The translations under genes and the position numbers were made by a program. From Tubulanus polymorphus (Eukaryota > Animalia > Nemertea), in assembly GCF_964204645.1 (NCBI RefSeq), contig NC_134036.1, positions 6,801,304 to 6,865,303 on the forward strand: DNA of 64,000 bases. Reading direction: 5' to 3'. Shown in pieces: positions 48,616 to 57,519 of the stretch (position 1 is the stretch's first letter; each line of letters begins with the position of its first letter). Under the pieces are notes generated by a model. That model was not told the origin of the DNA and searched no databases. It saw only the letters and a list, made by a program, of their open reading frames with translations.

Positions 48616-50082
48616 CGCCCCGAAAAACAAATGGCAACCATCCAGACATGAACTTTATTCAACCAGATTAAATATAAGATAAAACAATATACAAACAATA
48701 CAATACAGATACGACAGCATTCTTAAGGAATTTAATTTAACATAATAATCATCAGTAGTTTATATTATCATAATTAATATCATCATTCATTTATACATGG
48801 CAATTTATTTATTCATTGAACTAATTTTATTCATTAATGCATTATTAAATATGTAAAAATTTTTTTCCACGATTCTATTTTCACTTCCGCAGCAGTTCAG
48901 CATACAACGCGCAAAACAAAAGTTGATCATTTATGTACGAAAATTGAATGCACAACAAGTTCAATTAAGTCATTTAATTAACAAGAAAGTGTCGAAGCAT
49001 GAATCGGTACCACTCACACACAATAACGCACCCATTTAGATGGCGAATCAGAATCTTCTCGAATAACGGCGGCTCTCGCGTCGACAAACGGTCTCCATTC
49101 AAAAGCATCAAATCAAGTAACCGTACAAATGACATGAGTACACAACAAAATACGGTAAGAGACGTACCATAAGGTATACGACATATTAAACATTAAGACG
49201 CAGAACAAACAGGTATTTATTATAATGCGAATACATCGCCACAGACGAACACTAATCAATTCGATTACAGCGCAAACGATGACGAAGCGGTTTTCTTTTC
49301 TTTTCGAACGAACAACTGACAGCTAATAATACAGAATGATGGCCATAGGTGTTAACGAACAAGCTAGCACAGTCTCACAGCTCGAGTCGGTTTTATTTTT
49401 CGAATGGACCATACTACGATCCTGAATATAATTATCTATCACACCGTCCATAATATACGGGACTTCCAGGGATCGCAAGAACGACGGCACCATATTGAGA
49501 ATCACTCTCCACAACGATTCAGCAGCGGTATAACGGAACAAGCGACCGAACGCTCGACAATCTGCACGAACAGCGAATTGGGCGAAGTCCGAACAACGCA
49601 TTCAGATCCAGGATACGGACGATCGCGCTAAGTTGAGGTCACGTAAAGCGAATCCGGTGACTGCAAGTATATGTGAAGATGGCGACGGCTACGGTCTCAC
49701 GACGATCTCGAAACAATACAGTCCATTCCCGACGAGTTCGACTCTGGCCGAAACGAAAGTGACATGGAACAACCCAAACAAAACTAAGCAATCAAACCCA
49801 AAACACTCCCCATGGTTTTGCAGATAAAGATAGCATAGCAATAATATATGAGATTTTCAGTAAATAGATAAGGTACAATTCACTCCAAATGCTAAACCAA
49901 AAGATCCCGATAAATGATAATTATGCAACGATATACGATATAACATACGTTATATAGTTCCAAATGAACGTAATATCTTTTATAAATAATAAAGGAATTT
50001 GCAATTAATGACTATAGAACCAAACGAACACAGCAACACGACTACATTCCAAATACGAATAATTTCATAAAATATTCAAAAC

Positions 50083-52704
50083 TTAAGGCTGATAAAGTGA
50101 CAAGTCCGGATAAAGACCTGACCTCCCACCTGGTCTCCCAGCTAAACTAGATGCATCAATATTTCGAATCATGTCTTGAGAATATTGAATCTCATGAGGT
50201 ATACCTTTATCTTCACTGATCGACAAAGGAACCAAAAGATCGTGATGTTTAACATATATCCGTAAAGTAAATGATGAGCTCATAATCAATCTTCCAATTC
50301 GCCTATATAGAGAAGGCTTGACCGGAATTTTATCCGGAAAATCAATAGCAATTCCATCATACTGAATTTTACAAGGTGTAACCCAATCAAGATTGATAAA
50401 TAATTTAAAGAAATGAGAATTACAATGTAGCTTACGTAAAGCAGGGGATCCAAGTAAGGAAATACTGCCCGCACAGGCATTAAGATCAATTAATGGAAGT
50501 AAGATACATTCATTCCAATCCGAAATCTCTAAAAGTAGTTGTGATTTACAACGTTGAACCATATTACGCCTGCCCCTTAGAAAGGTAAATAGGTATTTAA
50601 TATCATAACACAGGAAATGCAACGCACAGTAGATAATAGCCAGAAGAACTATCGTGTCAACTAGAAAATTGGAATCGTCGTCAATTAGCGATTGAGCAAC
50701 CCGCGAAGACTGTTCTAAAAATGAAATAGTCCTATTAGACTGTATAACCGTTGCCCCAGCAAGTGGTGCTGCATGAGCTGCACCCAAGGCTGCAACCGGA
50801 AAAATACCCCCTGGATTATACCGTATCATGAAGAAAATATAAACTGACATAGCAAGCGCCGCTATGCTCAGAATAGTAGGAACCGATATAATGCCTATAG
50901 ACGATGGAGATGAAAATATATGTCGCAAATTATCTTTAGCTAGTTCATTCTTTAACGCGTCGGCCTTTGAGGCGAACAAATCTACATTAGACTTATGCGT
51001 TGAAGCCAATTTCTTAAGATCCGTTGAAAATTTAGCGTCCTTTGATGCTACCAAATCCCATGATTCTTTATTCAGTTTTAAGGGTGGAACCTCAACCATA
51101 GGCGCTTTCGATAACTCATTCCCCCTTATCTTTCTCAAATCTGCAGCATTAGAGAACAACAAATGCAGCACAGGTAAATTTACTACATGCAAAACAGTTT
51201 TATCCTCCTTTCCAATATGACAACCTGTGAGTTTATAAGGGATCCGAAAAGATGACGCAATTATAGAGCAAAAACAAGGGATTGTCATTACGCACAACCT
51301 GCAACCATTGATAGACTTAACCTGTCGGTCAGAACAATGCATAGTCCAAACTTCGTCAGCAGATGACAGTAAATAACGCCCATCCGCTAATTCATAACTA
51401 CCTTCAAACAGTAACGCTTCCTCATATCTAATGTCACACAATTTCATTATAGCCTCAGGTTGGTCCCAAAATAGCGCTGACGCACACGTTAATTTATGAC
51501 GGGAATTGAGAGATTTAGTTGTACTACACACTTTAAGGTCTCTACCGTTGCAGGAAAGTAAAAAATCACTATCGAATTCGGTATAATATTCGTTATCACT
51601 TGTAACGGCGATATACTGAGGTAAACCAAAAATTTGAGTCGTATTAGCACTAGTGGCATTCGACGGTACAGGTAATGTATCAATATGATAAACATCCATA
51701 AAACCAGCCAAACTATGGATGGGAATGGCGATCGTTATATATAAATACGTTTCAGTCTGCGTGAACGTGATATCCCGCATTTGATAATAAAAACTAGGCT
51801 GACTATGCGTAACCTTAAAACTAGGATAATGATCGCTGAGAATATCCTGTACATTATTAATTACTTTATTGATCTGTTCAGGACCCACGAGAGAAATAGG
51901 CAAAAAGCCATCCAATAATAACTGAGTTGCCTGTAGAAAATTCTCCGACTGGCCAACTACTACCCCAAAACGGTATTGGTAGTCAACCAAGTTCCTCATT
52001 AAAATGGACAAAGCCGAAACTGTGACATTTAAACGATCCAATTTATGAAATATTTCCTTCCGAGAATTTCGGTACTCTACAGTCAAAATATTATAAGAAT
52101 CGGCAAACCTCTTAATTGTTTCATGATTCTCTTTAATGGCCACCATAGCATTATCAAGCCTTTCGTTAGTTGTGTTCATGAATGAATTAAGCAACTTGCC
52201 GTCTTGTACAACCTGATCAGCCAAGGCTGTTACCCCTGACTCCACTTTGAGGACATGTTGCCTAAGTGCGTCCACGTCCTCTTCAGTAGCCGTGCCAAAT
52301 AGCGACTTCGCAAAATTTCCTACAAAGTTTAATAAAGCTCTTTTCCCACGACCACTTGCCCTAACAGGAATCAAAGATTTAACGGTATTCATATTAGCGT
52401 TAAGCCGTGTTCGTGTTTCTTTAATCTGAGAATTTAATCGCTCAATAATCGTATTTAACATCCCACAACCGTTATACGGGTGAAAATGATAATGTATAGG
52501 GCATGATAGAGGGGTTATAATATCTAGGTCAAATTTAGGCCAGGGAATACAGAAGGTATGCCTATACTTGGAAACACCATTAAGAATATTTGTGAACTTA
52601 TTGAAGACAATTCCCCAATTCAACATAACAACTGAATTCGCCGAAGTGTCAACCGGTTCCAACGTCGTCATGTAAACAGCCAGTAATAAAATGTAAAGCC
52701 TCAT
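50083..52704 (-). CDS. env: Envelope glycoprotein, class I fusion protein of the baculovirus F / errantivirus Env type, with long C-terminal extension (873 aa)
   Basis: Signal peptide MRLYILLLAVYM. Furin site RGKR (aa119-122) is followed by fusion peptide ALLNFVGNFAKSLFGTATEED, matching the F-protein pattern RxKR-xLxNFVGxxxKxLFGT. Heptad region, Cys-rich ectodomain (aa385-495), several N-X-S/T sequons and a TM helix at aa603-627. ACCATG start context, no internal stops. Confidence 0.9.
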   Translation of the reverse strand: MRLYILLLAVYMTTLEPVDTSANSVVMLNWGIVFNKFTNILNGVSKYRHTFCIPWPKFDLDIITPLSCPIHYHFHPYNGCGMLNTIIERLNSQIKETRTRLNANMNTVKSLIPVRASGRGKRALLNFVGNFAKSLFGTATEEDVDALRQHVLKVESGVTALADQVVQDGKLLNSFMNTTNERLDNAMVAIKENHETIKRFADSYNILTVEYRNSRKEIFHKLDRLNVTVSALSILMRNLVDYQYRFGVVVGQSENFLQATQLLLDGFLPISLVGPEQINKVINNVQDILSDHYPSFKVTHSQPSFYYQMRDITFTQTETYLYITIAIPIHSLAGFMDVYHIDTLPVPSNATSANTTQIFGLPQYIAVTSDNEYYTEFDSDFLLSCNGRDLKVCSTTKSLNSRHKLTCASALFWDQPEAIMKLCDIRYEEALLFEGSYELADGRYLLSSADEVWTMHCSDRQVKSINGCRLCVMTIPCFCSIIASSFRIPYKLTGCHIGKEDKTVLHVVNLPVLHLLFSNAADLRKIRGNELSKAPMVEVPPLKLNKESWDLVASKDAKFSTDLKKLASTHKSNVDLFASKADALKNELAKDNLRHIFSSPSSIGIISVPTILSIAALAMSVYIFFMIRYNPGGIFPVAALGAAHAAPLAGATVIQSNRTISFLEQSSRVAQSLIDDDSNFLVDTIVLLAIIYCALHFLCYDIKYLFTFLRGRRNMVQRCKSQLLLEISDWNECILLPLIDLNACAGSISLLGSPALRKLHCNSHFFKLFINLDWVTPCKIQYDGIAIDFPDKIPVKPSLYRRIGRLIMSSSFTLRIYVKHHDLLVPLSISEDKGIPHEIQYSQDMIRNIDASSLAGRPGGRSGLYPDLSLYQP

Positions 52705-52740
52705 GGTAGTATCCTAAAAGAGAACGAAATATAGTTACTA
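52705..52740 (-). promoter_or_regulatory. Splice acceptor for subgenomic env mRNA
   Basis: Minus strand TAGTAAC (branch-like) ...TTTCGTTCTCTTTTAG|GATACTACCATG: polypyrimidine tract, AG at 52715-52714, then 9 nt to the env ATG. It lies in the 52-bp gap between the pol stop and env. Confidence 0.75.
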
Positions 52741-52756
52741 CATTCCGTGAACCAAC

Positions 52757-53821
52757 TTATTCCTTTAGTTCCTTCGTTTTAAAATAGTTCTCAATTAAAC
52801 TTGGGTTTAATATATTTTCCTCAGGTTCGAAAGTAGACTCGCCTTTCGTATAACCCTCCCACCATATCTTAAAATGGCGTTTACCATTGATAACTTTATC
52901 ACCTAAAATCTCTTTAACTATAAAAATGTCATCTGGAATATCAACTAACTCATCTTCCTGATTTGCTAAATCCGATCTTAAAGGTTCGCCAAAACAAGCG
53001 TCTTGATCTCCTATTGGAAGATCGTCCCTGTGAACAAACTTCTTCAACCTATCTGCTGCTATAGGACTTTTCATATATTTACCAGTTTTAACACATTTGA
53101 CTCTAAATGTAGAGGGACCTATTGACTTTACAATCTGGAACGGTCCACGATAACGCTTTTGTAACTTCCTAGTCAACCCTTTCTTAAAATTTGGAAAGAA
53201 AACCCAACAGTGGTCCCCAACTTCAAAGTTGACCGGGGTAGCATGTTTATCGCTGATCTTTTTGAATGCAGCTTGTGCCGTAAGGATCGCACCTTTAGCT
53301 ATCTTGTAAACATACCGTAATTTATCTTGGGCCAGTCTGACATGTGTGTTTATCTTTAGAGGATTATACATAGGTTCCAGTAATGCACTATCTAGCGGCG
53401 TGTTCGGATGCCTTAAAAACATTAAGTAAAATGGACTATAATTCGATATTGACTTCATTGGACTAGTATTATACGCAAAGACTGCAGCACGCAAGTAAGT
53501 GGTCCAATCGGTTTGATTATCAGAAATCATCATAGATAATAAGGATTTAATTGACTTGTTCGTAACTTCACAGAGACCATTGCATTTAGGATTGAATGAA
53601 GCAGTCTTCTTATGTGTAATATTCGAGAATTTAAGTATTTCCTCCACAATCTCACTTAAGAAATTACTTCCGCGATCACTTAATAATTCTTTAGGGAAAG
53701 CATATCTTAGGAAAATTTCATCATACATGATTCTAGCAATAGTAGGAGCAGTTATATCAGGAACCGCAAATGCTTCACAATATCGTGTAAAATTACACAC
53801 AAAGACCACAATTTGGTTCAT
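52757..53821 (-). pseudogene. pol: 3' part of Gypsy pol: integrase catalytic core (N-terminally truncated), GPY/F domain and chromodomain
   Basis: LLSDRGSNF (D49) ... NGLCE (E85) gives D-X35-E. Also W..YL....FAYNTS, SPFYLMF, KLQKRYRGPFQIV, and chromodomain FIVKEILG...FKIWWEGY...STFEPEENI (aa299-348). The HHCC finger and first catalytic Asp are missing, and upstream in-frame sequence is not integrase-like. Confidence 0.92.
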
Positions 53822-53875
53822 AAAACATAAAAGTGTGAGTAAAGTGTGAGTGAAACATTGAATATTTATATTTGA

Positions 53876-54190
53876 ATGAGTTTTAATAAAAACCTCGTTA
53901 TGAAAATGAAGAAAGAAGCAGAAGAACCCAAATTGAAAATCGAAATCAATGAAACCGATAAATTATTTTCACAGTTCAACATTAAAAAATATATCTCAGC
54001 AACAAATTTAGTGTATGCAAGACACTATAAAATTGATAACATTACTATAATTAATCAAATATTATCTAAAGAAACATATTTAATTACGGAACTAGTAGAT
54101 ACTTTTGATAATGGAATCAAAAATCCTAAATATTTAATACAGTTTTCAATTATAAAGAAACTTAAGAAATATTCTCAAAACTCCTTTTAA
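53876..54190 (+). CDS. Hypothetical protein, 104 aa, K/N/I-rich
   Basis: A 315-bp open frame in extremely AT-rich DNA, where stops are expected often. Its TAA overlaps the next ATG. No recognisable domain. Confidence 0.45.
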   Translation: MSFNKNLVMKMKKEAEEPKLKIEINETDKLFSQFNIKKYISATNLVYARHYKIDNITIINQILSKETYLITELVDTFDNGIKNPKYLIQFSIIKKLKKYSQNSF

Positions 54191-54492
54191 TGAAAGAGAT
54201 AGTGATTTAATACTTTCTAAATTCTAAAGATTACAACGATTTGATTAACTTAAGAATTGGAAAAAGACAATTATATTATTCAAATTTTGATAATAAACAA
54301 ATTATCAATAATGAAAATTCATCAAATATTCGAATTCAATGTCATTTAGATGATGAATTAAAAAAATTCAATCCAAATGAAAAGGTTTATTGTTATTGCG
54401 GCGGCAAATATTTAAAATCACATAAATCAAAGCATTATCAAACAATTAAACATATCAAATATGAAAAGAATAATAATTATATATTGAAATAA
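54190..54492 (+). pseudogene. Small zinc-finger protein with one premature stop
   Basis: ATG at 54190 is in frame with track ORF 54241-54492 and is interrupted by TAA at 54208-54210 (MKEIVI*YFLNSKDYNDLINLR...). The C-terminal CYCGGKYLKSHKSKHYQTIKH has C-x-C...H...H spacing. Confidence 0.5.
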
Positions 54493-54547
54493 GATTAAGC
54501 TGTATGAGTAATAAGATATTTCAAATTACTATTTTTTTCTTAAATAG

Positions 54548-54685
54548 ATGGAAGATTTCATTCCCACTGGAAAACGTGATTTCAAGCATCATCTTGTAGC
54601 AGGAGGATTAATTTTGGCAGCGCTTTACTTTTATTACGAGTATATCAGTAAGGATTTGATGAATGAAAAAAACAAAATTGAGTAA
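54548..54685 (+). CDS. Putative 45-aa single-pass membrane protein (below ORF-track cutoff)
   Basis: Translates as MEDFIPTGKRDFKHHLVAGGLILAALYFYYEYISKDLMNEKNKIE*, with hydrophobic core LVAGGLILAALYFYY. Locally higher GC than its flanks. Confidence 0.4.
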   Translation: MEDFIPTGKRDFKHHLVAGGLILAALYFYYEYISKDLMNEKNKIE

Positions 54686-54806
54686 AAAATTAAAGAAATT
54701 AAATGGGAATCATAAAACTAAAAAGAATAAAACAGTTAATTCAGTAAATGATTTATAGGATTAAGACAGAATCTTTTAATTCATTTTGTATATTTTAACT
54801 ATAAAA

Positions 54807-55067
54807 ATGAGTGAAAGTAAGGTATTAGAAATATTACATCTTATATATAAAAATCAAGAACGCATTAAATTGATTATTATGATTTCTGGAATGGTTTCTT
54901 TTTCAGTTTATAGTATAAAACAGCTGTTAGAATTTTATGATAATTGCAAAATTAGATACCCCGAATTAAAAGATAACATAAATTATCTATCAGATAGATT
55001 GAATAATATTAAGTGTTGTGAAATATGCAATAAAAAGTATAAAAATAAAGAGTTTAAAAAATCATAG
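54807..55067 (+). CDS. Hypothetical 86-aa protein with hydrophobic segment and C-terminal CxxC
   Basis: AAAATG start, then LIIMISGMVSFSVYSI (hydrophobic), LKDNINYLSDRLNNI (heptad-like) and CCEIC. Confidence 0.35.
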   Translation: MSESKVLEILHLIYKNQERIKLIIMISGMVSFSVYSIKQLLEFYDNCKIRYPELKDNINYLSDRLNNIKCCEICNKKYKNKEFKKS

Positions 55068-56106
55068 ATATATTCACGAATTAAATGATAAATTATATGA
55101 ATGAAAATAAGATAAATGATATTTCAATAAATGCCCCCTGTGTCTTTATTGTCTGTAGTAGTCTTAGTTCTTTTAGGACATAAAGAATAAATCTTTATTC
55201 TATTAGTACTTCAAAAAAAAGCAAAGAGTTTGAGAAATCATAAATACATTCATGAATTAAATGATAAATTATATAATTCAAATTAAGTTATTCATATATG
55301 ATATTTTAATTCTTTACATAAACTAGAATAACACAAGATGATACTAACTTATTCAAGGTAAAGTTTTTCTAGTTGAATTCTAGTCAAATGTAATGTAATT
55401 TAAAGTAAACAAGAATTGAATAGATTCAATGAGAATTATAATAAGTTTCTTTAACTTTAACTAAATAATACTAACTCATTCAATTCTAATGCTTTTCTTA
55501 TTGAATCTATTCAAAATGTTATAGCAAATAAAAACACTAGCCAGTCTTAATTTAAAGAATTATATCATATTCTAGGTCTGAATAAAGAATATGATATTCA
55601 TCTGATAGATTTTAAATAGTACTTATGAAAATAAAATAATACCAATCCAGTGTTAAAATGTAAAATATATTGGTTGGAAATATAAATTATATTAGCTGAA
55701 AATATAAAATATATTAGTTAAAAATATGAATATGATAAATCTGTGAAGACATAGAGGATATTTCAAATAATTAAAGAAAATTATTATAATTCTCATATTT
55801 TCTAATATATCTTGTTAATATTAAATTTCTTTACATTTGACAAGAATTCAACTAAAAATTTAATAAACAAACTAATATCGCTCTTGTCAGAAATAAAGAA
55901 TAATTTTTATTCAATACGTATTTGATACGTATTTAATACATTAAAAAAGTGATGAGAGTATTTTGGATAAAAATATATATCTCTCTTATTTATTTTATAT
56001 GAATATGTCTCTCATCTATTTTTTATATGAATATGAATATGAATATGAATATGTGTCCCTTATTTCTTTTTTATATAAAAATAAATATTAATATAGCTGC
56101 AAAGTC

Positions 56107-56346
56107 TTAGAATCCTGTTCAACGGTGGATTTCGACAAAGCATTTGATAAGGCACAACATCAGCCATTACTAAACAGGCTATTAGGAATCAGTGATCAAT
56201 GATAGGTCGCTCAAATAGCTCAGAAGTTATATCTCTGAACGAAAACTTGTAGCCGAAATCAACGGAACGCCCCATCTTGGAATAAGTCAGTCTAACTAGT
56301 GGAGTCGCGCAAGGTAGTATCCTAAGTCGTCTTCTGTTTAATGTCC
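56107..56346 (+). pseudogene. Decayed non-LTR (LINE) reverse-transcriptase fragment
   Basis: Manual translation across frameshifts gives VDFDKAFDKAQHQPLLNRLLGI, LK*LRSYISERKLVAEING and TSGVAQGSILSRLLFNV. These match the LINE RT motifs DFxKAFD, WxxSYLSxR and SGVPQGSxLGPLLF. Confidence 0.85.
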
Positions 56347-56414
56347 TGACAAATCACATACACAGTAATCCAAAATATACCAGACCGAGTAAATTTCCAA
56401 AACGACCTTAACAC

Positions 56415-56940
56415 GCTGTTCGACCAAAAAACTTAAAGTTCTGACAAGAAAATCTTGTTCGAATGAAACAATTCTGTTTGATCGAACAATACGCTTTTTG
56501 TTTGAACCAAAACTTTTCTTCATTCAGACAAAAAAATGAGTTCAAATAAAAAGCTATGTTATTGTCGAAGTGAAGAAATTTTTGTCCCGGCAAAAAATTT
56601 GGTTGAGCGAAAACAATTTCTTTCGAACGAATGTTTGAATGAAAACAATTCTGTTTGATTGAACGAAATAATTATTTTTTTTTCAATTTTTACAATACAC
56701 TTGTTCGAACGAAAAACTTAATGTTCTGACAAGAAAATTCTGTTAAAATTAAAACGATTCTGTTCCATCGAACTATTGTTCGAACGAAAAACCTTTCGTT
56801 TGGACAAAAAGAAGTTTGATCAACTTTGTTCTAACAATTTTTTCAAATTGGTTTAATCGAACAGAATATTATTGGGTCGAACGGAATAAATTTTCTCTCG
56901 ACGAAAGAATTTTCAAGCAAAAGGTCTTTTGAATGAAAAA
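56415..56940. repeat. Degenerate repeat region built on TGTTCGAACGAAAA-like motifs
   Basis: ~75-bp imperfect direct repeat at ~56418 and ~56702 (TGTTCGA..AAAACTTAA.GTTCTGACAAGAAAAT), plus many partial copies in both orientations. Confidence 0.6.
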
Positions 56941-56969
56941 AAAATTTCTTGGGCTCCGCAGTAACTTAA

Positions 56970-57285
56970 AGCCGGACGTAGGTCGGCCTTGTGACTCGAT
57001 GTGATCCTCGCGTTGCATCGCAAGTTTTGGTTCGGTGCTAGTCGGTTGCGATACGATTGTCAGCGACTGTGTGCGACTAGTTTCTGCCAGTCGCAAGAGC
57101 GCGTAGGTCGGTTGTTACAGTCGTGTAGCGTCGCAGAAAGTAGAACACGTGTGAGTGGCGTTGCTGACAGTCGCATCCAGTCGCAAGGGAGTGTAGGTCG
57201 ATGAGTCGTTGCGAGACAATCGTCGCTGGTTGTCGCAGTGAAAGGCGTCGCAATGAGCCGTTGCAAGGCCGGCCTACGCCCGGCT
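56970..57285. mobile_element. PIF/Harbinger-like MITE, 316 bp
   Basis: 22-bp TIRs AGCCGGACGTAGGTCGGCCTTG / CAAGGCCGGCCTACGCCCGGCT (20/22), flanked by TAA at 56967-56969 and 57286-57288. GC-rich non-coding interior. Confidence 0.8.
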
Positions 57286-57519
57286 TAAGTCATTAGTAAT
57301 TAATGAAATACCTGTTTCATTTATGATGAAAAAACTCAAATGAAAAGTCCGGCTTATGAAGCTGTCTGCTCAGGCGAAATTTTCAAAAAAACTTTCATTT
57401 TTGGTAATAAAATTGATAATTGTGATTGATCGTTGCAAGTCAGAACCAGTTAATCACTCATTAACATGCATTTAAAAAAAAACAATATGATTCCTCCTTT
57501 ACAGCGAACTTAGCTTTAA

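Larger units (their letters stand above)
48149..53821 (-). mobile_element. 5'-truncated env-containing Ty3/Gypsy (Metaviridae, errantivirus-like) LTR retroelement with chromodomain integrase
   Basis: Minus-strand order is integrase-GPF-chromodomain, splice acceptor, env, long 3' non-coding region, PPT and LTR. Integrase at the end of pol is the Gypsy/retroviral arrangement. gag, protease, RT, RNase H and the 5' LTR are not found in the window. Confidence 0.9.
53830..56090 (+). mobile_element. Very AT-rich block with compact intronless ORFs; possible Polinton/DNA-virus-derived relic
   Basis: Abrupt compositional shift at the pol break. Four co-oriented K/N/I-rich short ORFs, a TAATG stop-start overlap and a CxCG...H...H zinc-finger motif. 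No hallmark gene (pPolB, capsid, ATPase) is visible, so the origin is inferred only. Confidence 0.4.

Noticed and set aside
48342-49827. Short ORFs 48342-48533, 49323-49601, 49404-49631 and 49633-49827
   Set aside because: Mostly non-ATG starts or antisense to the element, with no motifs. They are consistent with chance ORFs in LTR/UTR sequence.
50286-53849. ORFs overlapping env and pol (50286, 50864, 51489, 52247, 53556)
   Set aside because: These are shadow frames of the long genuine ORFs.
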